Of a stretch of 54,597 bases of DNA, positions 1 through 13,489 are shown in pieces. Numbering within the stretch: position 1 is the first letter of the stretch; every line of letters begins with the position of its first letter. The stretch covers positions 1 through 54,597 of the forward strand of contig MCFE01000600.1 of NCBI GenBank assembly GCA_002104905.1. Direction: 5' to 3'. Made by a program: the position numbers and the translations under genes. The stretch comes from Basidiobolus meristosporus CBS 931.73 (lineage: Eukaryota > Fungi > Basidiobolomycota). The notes below the pieces were generated by a model. It did not search any database and was not told where the DNA came from. It saw nothing but the letters and a program-made list of their open reading frames with translations.

Positions 1-514
1 ATATTGATGCTACCCAAGATGAGATGCATCTGGCGGGGATCTTGGTTGACCCGGGGTCATTCAAGGCGGCAGCCCCGCCGTCAGGAGCGAGGGGATTTCA
101 TGTGAAGCCCAACATGTGGGAAATCTGGCTGGATGCGGCATTTTCCACGGGTATGGTCTTGCGTGATTCTACCCACCTTCCCCGGCCCATTTCGGTCGCA
201 TTCAGGTGGAGTGCTCCAAGCGACCTCGTGGTAGCATGAGAAAATGGCCGAGCGAAGCCTGACGAGTTGCCTGTTGCTCGTTTGGCGGCACTTATGCAAG
301 CGCTCATTTAGGGGGGATTTGGATGGCTGGAGATCCGGCTTTCGGGTGGTACCAACAAGCTTCAGATGGCATTCACATGATCAGGGTTCTGAGGGACATC
401 GTACCTTCCGACGAGCCAGAGATCTTGCATGTGATCGTGTACTCTGGAATCTCCAACCAGATAAATATCCCCGGTTTGCCAGCTGGTCACCAACTTCCCC
501 ACTCCACCCAAACC

Positions 515-907
515 ATGGATGAAAAAGGCAGCAGACTATCTCGAACCCAGGCGCTCTTGCATCCGAGCAATGTCCCCGCCTGCATTTTGCTCGCCCTCTG
601 CTTCCCCCTCATCTCCTTCTTGTTGGCCACATTCGTCACATTTGCGGTGGTGACCACCGCTTCCGCGGCGGCCATCCTGTCTGTACGATTCGGCCTGTTA
701 ACGATGAGCATGAGCTGGACCATGGTTGTGGAGCACTCGATCCAGTGGGTGAGACGATCGATGGAAAGTCTCCTGCGGCTCACCCACTCCTCCCAACTGT
801 GTAGCTATTCGGAGAGATGTGCGCGGGACGTCATTTGGAAGAACCCCAGCCGTGCACCTGAACCCCGGAGAATCACCCGTCGCCGCCGTAGAAGCAACTC
901 ACAATAG
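515..907 (+). CDS. Hypothetical small membrane protein (~130 aa)
   Basis: Within ORF 323..907. ATG in ACCATGG context at 515, followed by a long hydrophobic stretch (ILLALCFPLISFLLATFVTFAVVTTASAAAILSV) and a basic C-terminus. No family recognised. Confidence 0.4.
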   Translation: MDEKGSRLSRTQALLHPSNVPACILLALCFPLISFLLATFVTFAVVTTASAAAILSVRFGLLTMSMSWTMVVEHSIQWVRRSMESLLRLTHSSQLCSYSERCARDVIWKNPSRAPEPRRITRRRRRSNSQ

Positions 908-1184
908 CCAACCCACCTGCCTTCCTGCCTACCCATCCACCTAGAGGCCCGTCAAATATACCCCTAGATCATACATGGCCTTCCATTGGGGAAGGATGGT
1001 GCAATAAAGTTCTTTGATACATATGGATCTCGGCGGTTTATTGAATCCCAGCCCGGTAGACGATCCCGATGGGATTTCCCATATCAGATTACTAGTACAA
1101 TGGGCAGGAGGATGGCTTGGTGAACGTCAACGTTCCACCAAGTAGGACGAACTTGCAGGTTAAGAATGATGTGCGCGGTTTCAT

Positions 1185-2225
1185 TTAGAGGCGGATGTGG
1201 CTTGGGGCGGGGAAGGGGAGGGAAATGGGGGCAAGGGTGAGGTGTTCTGGAAGTGGAGGCCTCATTGGCGAGGAGGTGATACTGCGCTTCTTTATCTCAA
1301 TATTGATGAATTTGATCCTTCGGAACCCACAGTAGGTACAGTTCACTCCGCATCTGCCATAGACGACCACGTACCGGCCGAGGTGAGGTAGTAGATGTAG
1401 CCTCAGCGCAAAATAGATATCCAGGCCTAACAGCCCGTGCACAGCCAGTTCCGCGCTGACCGTACCTATCACCTTGAGGAAGCGTTTACGGCGATCATAA
1501 AGCACCACGTCGAAGTCATCCACCTTATCTAGGAACTCGGTGGGTGTCTCCCACCAGATTCGCTTCTTGATCCGAATATCGATGGCAGCGATAGGACGTA
1601 GCTTGATGTTGGCCGTGGTCTCGGAGCAATTAAATGGGATGGGTTTGTCATTCGCAATGGTAGGCTGTGCCGGTTTAGTTGAGGTAGATGTTGCCCCATT
1701 AGTTATGGTACCGTTGTTGCTGACCAGTGTGGTAGAGGGAATATGACTATTGGTTCTGCGCTGAGCATCCGTGGTGACTGCTTGAGATGGTGACGATGTG
1801 TTTCGCGGCGTTGACTTGATTTGCGAGTGATAGGAGACCGACGGAGAGATAGGGGGCGTCGGTGAGCTAGGTGGCTTCGACTGCCTTCCATACCCCTCGT
1901 AATAGGCTCTACCTTTGGGGTCATGGTTACCATCGGAACGACGAGTGGCAGTGGGTGTCATTAGCTGTGACCTGCAAGAGGAGTCTTGGGTATGGGCAGT
2001 GCAGCTGGTTGGCAACTGCATGCTACCTAACCCGCTGCGTGCCATCACCGATGGTGAATTAGGCGATGCTTTGCCGAAAGCGGAGATGGCAGTGATCAGA
2101 CACACCGCAAGTGATAAGGCTATCGGATTTACGGGTCGTTGGCTAAGCCACATCTTTGCGAATGTTACTGCTTGTGGGGATGGCGAGCAGTCAGCCAGAG
2201 CTTTTATTGGATTTCCACCGGTCAC
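1185..2225 (-). CDS. Hypothetical secreted protein with Ser/Thr/Pro-rich linker and small C-terminal domain
   Basis: 346-aa ORF with a signal-like segment (IALSLAVCLITAISAFG), an S/T/P-rich middle and a globular-looking C-terminus (IWWETPTEFLDKVDDFDVVLYD). True start and 3' exon structure are uncertain. Confidence 0.45.
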   Translation of the reverse strand: MTGGNPIKALADCSPSPQAVTFAKMWLSQRPVNPIALSLAVCLITAISAFGKASPNSPSVMARSGLGSMQLPTSCTAHTQDSSCRSQLMTPTATRRSDGNHDPKGRAYYEGYGRQSKPPSSPTPPISPSVSYHSQIKSTPRNTSSPSQAVTTDAQRRTNSHIPSTTLVSNNGTITNGATSTSTKPAQPTIANDKPIPFNCSETTANIKLRPIAAIDIRIKKRIWWETPTEFLDKVDDFDVVLYDRRKRFLKVIGTVSAELAVHGLLGLDIYFALRLHLLPHLGRYVVVYGRCGVNCTYCGFRRIKFINIEIKKRSITSSPMRPPLPEHLTLAPISLPFPAPSHIRL

Positions 2226-2926
2226 AGAATCCCACTCCTAGCTCCTATTTTGGAATACAACGCTGCTGTGGAAGGGCAATTAGGGCCATTTCGATGCTCC
2301 GACCAAGGATGCAATCCGTATCGCTCATATAGCCTGCTATGGCGAATGGATTTATTTGCTACAGGTTGAATCCAACCCCAACCACATCGTAGCAAACATA
2401 TCAGGCTGATACCCAATAGACTCGTGGCTCCCAACCGATCCCCCTTCAATTCATAAATACCCATGCACTTCTATGCGGCTCATTGGTTTGAGGCAGCTGC
2501 TTACAGCAGGCAAATCGCTGGAAAATCCGCCTGCTGATGCTGGTACAGTCCATGAGCCAAATTAATCGGCACATGGGCGCGTAGGCTGGCGAAGAAGTGA
2601 TAGGATGCTAGGTAGACTAACGTTCCGTACGACTGGAATTTATTTTGATAAACGCAAGGGAAAACATTGCATCCGTGTCATGTGCATTCAAGGGTTCATC
2701 CCTACTACACAAACACACTAGCAAGTAAGACGATACTGGACTCGCTTACAAGCTGATTTAAAAAGGCCACTTGTAAGGGGATGACTCGATTGGGCATGAC
2801 ATGGATGGTGCAAGTAGAATCCACCTAGGGAACAGTTCTGAACCAGACCAGCCAGCATCTTCGGGTCAGGGCATAACATACGTGTGTCAGTGTGGATGCG
2901 AAGAAGCTAGCGAGAGTGCACAATAC

Positions 2927-4983
2927 CTAGTCAGCCTTGTCTGGCTTAGATTCTTCGTCGCCGTCCGAAGTGCACTGTATTATCGAGTACAAGATTCCGC
3001 CAACAATGCCGAAGAACACGCAGATAATAATTAACGGGCTGTGCCAAATAAATCCCTACACATCAATTTAGCATATCAACTTGTGCCACCTCATTTAACA
3101 GGAATTCTTACTGCAATCAAACTGAGCCCACGACCACCGCGCTGAAATGAGTCCACAGTTAGCCTCAAGGTTTGTTCGAAATGACCACCCGATCACCTTA
3201 CCTTCAAACATCTAGTGATTACTCCGACAGTACTCTTGTCCTAATTGCAAAGCAAAGTAAGTACTCGGCAGTAAAGGAGAAGCCTCGGCCAAAGGGAGCA
3301 AACCTGTAGAATATGGTCCTGTGCTGCTTTGACAGCACCAAGAATCTGCTGTGAATTAAGCTTCAGTACGGCTCCCTTGATGTCCACATCAAAATAGCTA
3401 TCATCCTGGAAATGGGTCAGTGGGTGGCGAGGGCTCTTCATACTCAAGAGATGGATCAAATACCCAAGTTTTCAGAATCACCACTGATGGGAAGGCGTCG
3501 GTATTCAAACCAAACGTGCGGTAGACATAAGACAGCCAGTTATGCCCATCGACCCAGCTGAAGATCACGCGTGCCTTCTTGTGGTTGTCGGGCTGATGAT
3601 ATCTGGCGATGGCTGCTTCCTTCAAGATTGCCTTTTGTTGGGCGAAGTTGGGAGCACCTGGGTTGAGGATTCCAAGCACCACGTAACCGGGTGTATTTAG
3701 GATTTCTTCGGAGGTGTCGGAATCCAATTGAACTAGAATGGGGAGCTTTTCTTGCCATATCCATCTCGACAACCCCTTCACATCCTCAAAGGGGCCTGTG
3801 TACGCTTTGGCTTGACCGTTTTTATATGCAACTAGCGCAGGAACCTCAGTGACATCAAGATTCTTGGCAATGGCGGGATCCTCCGTGACATAGAACTGTG
3901 ATTGTAAGCCAACCTTGGCAGATATGGCATAAATGCTATCCAAGTAAGCCTTGGGCGACTCTTTGTTGTGGAAGTAAATAAACGCCACATCGTTCTGAGT
4001 AATGTCGTGGGCGTTTGCTACGGAGATCTGGCCTATATCTGTTCCTGTGAGCCCTATCGCGAAGTTCGAAAGCGCCTCGAGTGTTCGGCCACCATCATAA
4101 AGTGTGACACTTCCTTCCTGAATGAACTTGATGGTAGGATAGGAACGAATTTCTTCCGTACTACAGAATTGCCCATACATCTCGCAGTTCACCTCAGCAA
4201 CATTGATCTTTCCGCGGAGGGCTTCTCCAACTTCAACCCAAATAGGAGCGAGTGCCTGACAGTGGCCACACCAGGGCGCGTAGAATTTAACAAACCAAGG
4301 TCCTTTGCTAGTGTTAGAGGAAAAATTGGTTGGCGTGAGGGGCACCACAATTCCATCAGGATTTGGCTTCGATGTGACTGCAGTCTTCGACCCATTTACT
4401 TTCAAGGGTGCACCATCATCAACGGTCTTGGAGTTCTAGTAAATAGCTAAAGCGTTAGCGCACTGAGCACACCCCTGGATGCACTTGGATTACCTCGACT
4501 TCGGCTGGTTTGTATTCGGCAGCTTTGGAACTGACGTAGGCCAAGATGGCTTCGTAGGTATGTTCGTCAGCAAATTCTTCAACAAGCTTCCCCTTATTGT
4601 ACAACAGTATAGTGGGGTACCCATCAATCTTGTTCTTTTCGCATATGCTTTCATTGGCTACACAATCGATTTTTCCAAAGAAAAAACGACTCTTGGTCAG
4701 AGCGTCGCCCTCGGTCTCCACCAATTTCTCCCAAATTGGAGCCAAGCGCTTGCAGAACGTGCAGTTGGGGGAGTAGTACTCCACGAGCCTGAAGTGGTAA
4801 GGATCAGACCGGCTGTCATCAGGGGCAGAATCAACAAACATACCAGGTATCCTTCTCGATGCTATTGAGGCTCTCTTCAGTCAACTCCACAGTGCCCGCA
4901 CCCCAGGCACTTGAGAAAAGTGCGATCAAGCACAAGGCTAGTATAAATCTGGAACGGAACATCGGCAAGGAAGATGACGGCAT
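2927..4983 (-). CDS. Membrane-anchored protein disulfide isomerase family protein (Eps1/TMX-like), multi-exon
   Basis: ATG at 4983 gives signal peptide MPSSSLPMFRSRFILALCLIALFSSAWG. Thioredoxin domain 1 YSPNCTFCK (ORF 4455..4841), domain 2 FYAPWCGHC (ORF 3401..4405). The last exon encodes a TM helix and ends ...ESKPDKAD* at 2927. GT-AG introns, e.g. ~4789-4843. Confidence 0.85.
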
Positions 4984-5508
4984 GCCCGAAAGAAAAAGAG
5001 ACCAAGTTCAATATCCACAGTTGTGGACGATTAGCCAAATATTTATCAGGGCGGGACTCAGGATCAATATAGCGTAGCAATCGATTGATTCAGTAGTATC
5101 GAATTACCAGATGTGAATAATGGATGGTGGTCAGCATGGAGGTGTGTCCACTCGTGATTCCACCGACCCTTAATAGCTCCCAACGGATGCCAGATTCCCA
5201 TCAACCAACCAATATCTGGCAGCGTGCATCGCGTAAGCTGCACGGCATGTTTCAAGTGTATCGGTGCTGGTGGCCAGCCCATCATCATTGCCATCATTGT
5301 CATTGCCGACGCTTAGCTTCGCTTTTCAGGGTCAAGTGTCTTTATTGATGTCGAATTCAGCTCAACTCTAATTTCATGGGAGAGCGGTTAACATGGCCAT
5401 GTTATGGGTTGGTGCGTATTTATAAAAATCAAGTTTAGAGTTATGGATCTTGCTTAAAATAAACATTAAACAGTATCGACTGTGGGTTAAATTACAAACG
5501 GCTTGCGG

Positions 5509-8500
5509 TTAATTCTTGGTAGTCATCTCAATCTCATCCTCAACCTGTGGCTTGGCAAGGTGGGGTGGGTTAAGCTTGGGTTCCGTTAATGAGGCGTTGA
5601 TTTGGGCAACAGCCTCATTGAAGACGCCCTTCAGGATGCGGTTGATGGGGCCCACCAAGTTCAGCGCATAAACAATGTACGACGTGATTCCAGCGAAGAT
5701 GGTGAAGACAAGGTAAATGGGATTGGACAAAATGGAAATGAACTCATTCCATCCCAAGACAATGAGAAGCACAATCACCCAGTACGGGATACGAGCAGTT
5801 GTGGCCACAACAGACCGCTTGGCCTCGACGAACAAAGCATCCGCCTCTCTTGTAAATCTGGACAGAAGGTCCTGCTGCTTGGCATTGGACAGCACGGTTA
5901 ACGTGCTTCCAAAATCGTACTCCTAAGATGACGGATAAATAGGTGATTGGTGCCAGAGGTGGCTTGTTACCCCATCATACCTCAGGGAAATACAGCTCAG
6001 GCTCAAAATCGGCCTCTCTGATGTCGATCTTCGAAAACAGCGGAAGTGTTTGTACGGCCTACATAAGCCACCGTTAGCATCGGCGTGGTAGTTTGTGGGG
6101 AATGAGGATGCATACCTGGGCCTTGGCCTTTCGGAAATACCCGTCCATGTCGTCCTCCGGCTTCCAAACTCTCGGCAAGCCCTCGGAGTCATAACGGAAG
6201 TTCTCTTCCAGTTTGTTGCGCAACTTCAAGATCATCAAATGATCCACTGTTTCATCCTTGATCTTTTGGCATAGAATGTCCCAGGAACGCATACGCAGAT
6301 TCTGGATGGATGATTTCATTTCTTGGTCATCGGAGTTGAAGCCTTGGTTGTGGATTATTGTTAGCCAGCGCAGTTACAATGATCGATGATTTGCCCTTAC
6401 ATCCAGCACGCTTGGCCAGTTTCTCTTCAGCGTTATCGGTGGCGGACTTATATGCTTCCAACGTTTTCCGCCACATATCTGGCTTTGCAGCAGTAAGGAA
6501 GATGGTGACCGTCTCACTGAACTCATCTCTGAGGTGTTTCTATCCGAGGGTTAGAAAGAAAGCGAGCATCGTAGTACTGATGGTGAGTTTGTACCTCCAA
6601 GGAATTGATCAGTTTCTTCATCTCGTCGCGTTTCTGGGTCTGTGCGATGTCTTCCAAACTCTGGTCCAACTGGTTGGCCTCTTCTTCATACGACCATTCG
6701 GTATCTGAGAGAGTTATCGCCTCAGCGTTCTCCTTGAAATAGGCTTGGGATTCCTTTTTGGAATTGAGAACAATGCTTCCGAAGTCGTACTGCTCACCCT
6801 TGAGTTTTTCCTAGTTTGATGGAGCTTGTAAGCAACCTTCCGCCAAAAGCAACTAAAAGTCAATCACTAACTCTCAGGGATTCGGTAAACATAGTAACTG
6901 CCTTTCTATGGAGATTGCGGAGCTGACCCACATAGAAGATATGCAATTGCGAGTTAAACTTGTTGATGACTTCTTGGCGCTTGCGTTTGTAGACCTCTTC
7001 ATGGTAACGGCTGGCATCCTTATCGAAGCTCTCTGTACACGTGATTAGCTAAAGGAAAGCGTGACTGAACGAGAAAAACAACGCACTGATATAGGTCTGA
7101 CGGATCTCATGTATGCGAGGGCCTAGATCTTCAACAACGCTCCCTGCTTCAATTGGGCGCTTGAATTCCTTGATGGCATCCATGAAAAGATTGAAGGAAG
7201 CCTACAACACATTTGTATTAACAAATCTCGTTCGTGATCGGACCAACATCAAAGCCACCCACATTAGCAATTTCATCGCAGCGGTACTGTGCCAATAGCT
7301 CCTTTTGAGTTGGAAGATCAAGATCTCTGTTGGTGACAATTTTTTCCTAATTAGATTTAGCAGAACGTTTAGCTCGTTTCAAGTGGCCATGCAACAGAGT
7401 GCAATTTACCCAAATAGCTTCCAAGAAAGTAGAGAAGCCATCGGCAGGAATCATCTTGTGATAGTATGGCTTGAACACGTATTCCGGGTCCGAGGAATCC
7501 GTGAATCTAGTAGTTCCTATCGATTAGGCGATGACTAGCGCGTCACTAAGTGACAGGTGTGGGCATACCTCCTACGTAGGGCTGCAACGCCTTCGTCGAA
7601 CTTTTCTGGGAGAAGAATCTTGTGTGGAAGGGCCGCGAATGCAAAGTCGAAGAAATCCGTGATTTGACAATCTTCCAAACCCTCAGGCTAGTGAAATGTT
7701 GCTTAGCTTGGTAACGACATATTGGATACTACAGTATGTACCTTAGAAAGCCCCGACCACAACTTATTTAAGTCGTTCGTGAGGGTGGCGGTCAGATTCT
7801 CCAAAGGAGTATTCCCAATGAAATCTCTAATGACAAAAAACAAGAGCGTTTTTCCTTTCCTAATATATCGACAACAGATGAGTGGATGTGAGCGAGTGGC
7901 AGGCTTATCATCTTATACTTGCCCTTTCTGCTGGAAAAGTTGGAGATTGACTTCAAAAACAGTTTTAAGTAGGCCCATGTTGGCACCATTATACAAGCCG
8001 ATCATGTTTTCCCACTGGTTGATAATAATAGCTTCGGCAGTAGCCATGGAGAAGAGCGCACTTTTTCTTTCGAAATCCTTAATGCCGAAGAATGAGGAAA
8101 ACGGGTAAAAGGCTTGAATACCAGATCAGGTTACCTGATCTTCACCACGCTCGCGGCCATCTGTTCCTTCAACATCCATGACCAAGACTTTCATGCCTTG
8201 GCCTCGGCTGATCCAGATTCCTAAGTATTGGCGATTAACATAAAGTGCCAGTTAAGTATGCAGTGTTAGACTTTTACCTTTAGTTGTTTGCGCACGTCTT
8301 TTTTCATCCATAACATCAAAACTAGTACCAAAAACACTATTCAATAGTGTACCTGGAGGAAAATTCTGTGAATGATGAGACTCACGATTGAAGCCAATAT
8401 TGAACACATACTTTTTCCGGTGCTTTGCGAACCAAAAACGGCAACAATATTGTAGTTGAACCCATTATCGATGAGATGCCAGCGTTCTCTCATGTAATCG

Positions 8501-8734
8501 TTTACTTGATTGCTGTGTTTATGAAAGACAGGTAGATGGTGATTAACAACGTTTCATCGCCAAACAACTTTAGACTTTCATAACTGTTACTTACGAGAAA
8601 GCTTGGGTGTCATCGATGATTTGTAACTGTGGGTACGCATTACTCTGTGATAGCTTTAGGGTGGTTTCTTTTGTGGTGGTGGGGGTGTTAGTGTTCACCA
8701 CGTTGTCAGTGGGAGCGTTAGTAAGACTGTCCAT
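5509..8734 (-). CDS. SEY1: Atlastin-like ER fusion GTPase Sey1/RHD3, multi-exon
   Basis: P-loop [10 protein letters not shown] (~8410-8440), [23 protein letters not shown]...[23 protein letters not shown], and the C-terminal hairpin [19 protein letters not shown] (ORF 5509..5895). Confidence 0.95.
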
Positions 8735-10550
8735 TTGAGATTTTAGAAGGAAGAGAGGCTCAAAAGATATACTGGACAGTTACGTCAGAAATAATATGAG
8801 GACAACTCTTCAAATACGCAATGATCAATACAAATACCGGGAATTATAAAATCCGATTTCACGTTAAATCCCCAACCCAACTGATATGAATAATTAGCCA
8901 CCTGTTATTCTAACCCCAAATCACAGCACCTAGTTTCCCCATTGCAATGTATGCTGGCACCACTCGGCGGTCACCATGATGTATGTAACAGTAACTCAGT
9001 AGAGGAATGTTTCGAGCACGTATTGCCACCAACTACCGGTGAGGGCATCGTTTTGCTTGGGACACTGCAAACCAAGACGCCGAACTCGGTGTATATTGTT
9101 TGGTTCCAGCACTTGCCTAAATTGTCAGCTCGTAGAAATGATCAAAAGATAGCTATTGGTAGCTGACACGTATTCATGCAGGAATATCATGAGATAAACA
9201 TATGCTTGTGCGATCGACCTAGTAACAGGGACGTCGGTGGTAAGCCTGATCGGGTTGTCATTGAGTGCTGTGTTATTGATGTCACTATGGTGTAGATTGA
9301 CTTTGCATGTTTCGATGTGCAGAGCCCCTGATTGGTTGTCACCCCAGCCTTGTATCTGATCACCCGAGGTCAGATAGTATCGGAGTCGCGGGCATGGATT
9401 GCTAGGGTGTGGAGTGTCTGGCGAAATCAGAATTCGGCAGCAACACGCCTAGCCTGCCTAGTGGCCAACAAATCATCGCACCCTACCTCTTAGGGACTAT
9501 TCTAGTTAGGAGATACACAGCCTTGATAGCGGGTTTATGTTGGTATGCTAATCATCGTGGTAGTTCAGTGTGGCTAGTCTTTTTAAGCAGGGGTGGCTGA
9601 CCAATTTACTGAGCTAAGCTCAATTCAGCTGGTGGATGCCATGCCAACCAAATGGAATTCTCCGGATACAGATTTGGTGAGACCAGGGCATCGCCACTTC
9701 ACGCTCCATTTCTACCTGAGGGGCTTCTCCGCACCAGGCGATTTTTGGTGCACCACGATGCATACTAGTTGGAGGATTACCAGGCATAACTAATTCCCGC
9801 GTAATTCAGCGATGCTATCCAAGCTGGTCAATTGAGCTGCCCAAACCTGCGTTTCAGGAAGCGTTCCGACTCAGTACTCGGCCATAGCCAATCACGTTTG
9901 ACATCTGTATGCATACATGCATATATTGCGCGCGCTACCTGGAGTGCAAGTCCCCAAGATTACCCCTCTCGAACCATGGCTTGATTTACTCCGTGCTCAC
10001 ACAAGACATCTCGATCAGTTCCTAATGCCAAGATACAATAGTCTTTCATGTAGAGTGGCTGAAAAGAAATATGTAACAAGGAAACTAAACCACATTGCAT
10101 CATATGCAATAGCCCTTGACGTTATACAGGTCGTTTTCATGAAGTTATTTGTTTGACTTGACCCTAATTGTCTCATATCATCTTTTATTTCGGTTTCCCT
10201 TTATTTCCACCCGATCTTTCTTGACTGCGCTTAATACCTTCTTATCACTCTTCAAATTGGGATCGCGCTCCTTCCTGACTTTACTTTTGGAGCATTCAGT
10301 CCCCATAAGCATCCAATCTATCTGGTGAACTACGCCATATTTTATTTATCTCTTGAGGCGCTCTCCGGGAATTACCCTACTTCGCAATACATACTCGGTC
10401 TTGGGTTCGACAGCGTTGTCACAAACAGCCGAAATCTGCCTAGAAGTGGATTTCCCGACCCTTCACATCAGGTGCATCACCAGTAGCATTGGTGGTCAAC
10501 CACAAACAACATTGACATTACCTAGACTGGGTCATTGGGACGTTTGAGAG

Positions 10551-13489
10551 ATGCTGGGGATTCAGCTCCATGTCACACGGATCCTAGCTTATATGGTCCT
10601 TATTTGTATTGGTACTACAGTCGCACAGAGCACTGAAGTTCCTCGTCTGAATGCTATTGCCTTTCAAGATGGTAGAACTATTTGGACTTTCTCAAGATTT
10701 AAGAATTATTCCTCATTCGTCAACGCTAACCCTCAAAGTCCAACATACATACAAGACCTCAAGGCTTCGATATTGCCTGATCTTGTTGTAGCATACGACA
10801 AAAATCGGAACCTGTTGTTCCAACGGGATGATTTTCCCCCTTTGTGGTCGGATGATCACTCGCTATTCGTTGCCCTTCCCTCGGGTGATATAGGCTACTT
10901 TTACATCGAGCTGGGAAGCAATCTGCTGAATTTACAAGTCTATTCGGCCGATGGAAAGAAGAAAGGAGACAACATTGCGCTTCAAGATGTCATAACTTAT
11001 TCTGCAGCTGTAAGCCTTGCTGCCCCTATGAGAATCTTGCTAGCATTCATCGACATCGATCCCAATTCAGGGCCTTCACTCAAGATGCAGTTGTTTGATA
11101 CCGAGGGTATACCAGTCGGAAAGCCTTCGCTCCTAGCCAGTAATATATTCGATGCAAGCCAAAAGACTCTCTATCAGCCCAGTGTTTCTGTCTCTGCCAC
11201 TGCTGACGGAAGCTTCTTGGTTAGCTGGCCAGGAAAGACCCGCGCGGGCGACAATGTTATTCGTGCTGCCTATGTAGCACCCAATCAGCCAGTGACAAAA
11301 GCCTTCATAGTTTCCACTTCTACAGCAAACACTGGGTTCATGAAGATAAACAAATGCGACACCTTGAGAGCGGGTGACGGTCATTATTGCATTTATGAAG
11401 AATGGGCTCCTCAGGGAGGCACTGTTTGGACACGAATAACCTTCATCACAGTCTTCTCGTACTCAGGCTCGGTTTACGATACTCCCACAAGACTTGGGAA
11501 TTCCACTGAGGATGTCAGCAAAGTGTTTTCACCGGCTATGAACATTGCCTTACCGTACGGCGGCTTGCTAGTAACGACCGACTATAAGGTTGATCCCACC
11601 AACCCCAGCGCCATGCCTGCTATATTTCTCTACGACCGCGAATGGAACCCGAAGCCCTATGATGGCAAAAATATTAAGAGTTACACAGTTTGCGTCTTGC
11701 CGAACAATACAGTGGTTACTTTGGAGCAGGTTAAACAACCCTCTGCTGAGATAAGTTCTGGAGAATGGCTTATTCAGCCTGGGTGGAGAGCCGTGAAGGA
11801 AGATCTACCGAAATTTCTTCCAGGTATGGGATCTTCAGTATATCGCCACCCTACATAGACTAACAAATTAATGTCTCTAGATTCCAAGTATGGTGACAAC
11901 CCGGTCATATCCTCTACCTATCCAGAACTGTATGGCATGATTCCTCTAGGCTTGGGTTATCTCAACATCAGCTTCCTTCAGGAAGACTACCGCTTTGGTC
12001 TAGGAAATCTATCCATCTATGACTCGCATTATCCAGAATACCCTCGAGAGGTCATATCAGTGATCCCTGATCCAAACGGATTGGGGAAGAGTCTCTCGAT
12101 GAAAGTATCAAGCTTCACATTCAATACCCCAAGCCATGACTACTTTGTTACGATCGACGGGGGTGCGTTCAAGAGTTCTTTGAACGAGCCATTGCTGGGA
12201 ATCCCAAAGAACACATGGTCGTTTACAACAGCCGCAGGTAAGTGAGGCCTTTTTGACGCATATTCCTTCCCAAAAATCTAATGGATTTTGCCCATATCCT
12301 AAGACTACAGTGATCAAGGTGAGACTTGGAAGATATTTGTAGTCGACGGCCATTTTCTGACATGTTTTTCTTCACAGCGGAAAAGGATGATGTGATTCTT
12401 CAGATCAGAGTTAAATATTCTAAGGGGGAGTTTCGGGATCGCAGCGAAGTTGCCCAGAAGTTAACCCAGGACCTTTCGCAGCTCGTTCCGGTGGAGAAGG
12501 AAAGAGTGATGGTGCGTTACTTGCGCTCTGATGAGGTTGGCGAGATCTACCAAGTATCCCTCATGAGGCTTCGAAACGGCAATGGCAAACGAATGGCCAA
12601 CAAATTGGCCGATGACCTCCATGCAATGATCCTGCGGAAGACGTCAAGCAATCTGGTTGCCGGAAACGCGACCAAGTTTGTTGATCCAGAGTTTGGAACA
12701 TTGTACGAAGGTATGCTTGACCTGATCACCAGATTGATCCCGCATGGATCTAATACATACATATCCCTTGGTTGTTTAGAGAATATTTTCCAAACTAACA
12801 AAGGTGCGCTTATCGCGATAGCATGTGTGGTCATAGGCTTGATAGCGTTCTACATTTTCTGCCACCGGCGCTTCCCAGAAAGCGACAATATGGTGATCTT
12901 TGTCCTAGCAGTGTCGCTGTTCGATTTTGTAGCGGACCTCCTATTTGTTATTCTAAACAGCGGGGATATACCGTACCTACAGATTCCCTCAGTGATCTTC
13001 TTCGTTCTTCCTTTCTCCTTTAACATGATCGCCTCTACCACGATCGTGGTAAAGGAGGTGTCGACCAATCCCAAATTCCATGACTGGTTCTCGAAGAAAA
13101 CCCTGTTGACCACGGGAATTTCTGTCCTGTCTGCCACTAACCCGGTGCTTCTGAATATCATGCGATCCCGGTTTGCTGGAATGAATGAGCTCAACGCACC
13201 ACTCAGCGAACGCGTTTCCCGATGGATTTTGTACTGCACCGCGGCAGATATCATCATTGAGGACATTCCACAATTGGTCATTCAGACCCTCTACAAGACC
13301 AACAACGGGTTTTTCAAGCTGATCCCGTTTCTGGCCATGGTTTCCAGCTGCCTGGGAATCCTCTTCTCAATCATTGCGCACATATACAATCATGTGGCGT
13401 ACAAGCAAGGCAAAAAGAAGAGCCGTAAAGAAAAGAGCCCGAAGGAGTTTCATGAAATCGAGTACAAGACAGCTAAAGAGTTCATGTAA
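10551..13489 (+). CDS. Large receptor-like membrane protein: signal peptide, extracellular domains, multi-pass C-terminal TM domain
   Basis: ORFs 10551..11858, 11871..12245 and 12326..13489 can be joined by GT-AG introns (e.g. gtatgg at 11825, gtaagt at 12238). N-terminal signal, an Ig-like-looking segment (ISSTYP...INISF...YFVTIDGGAF), and about 6 hydrophobic helices including LFDFVADLLFV and IIIEDIPQLVIQ. Confidence 0.75.
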
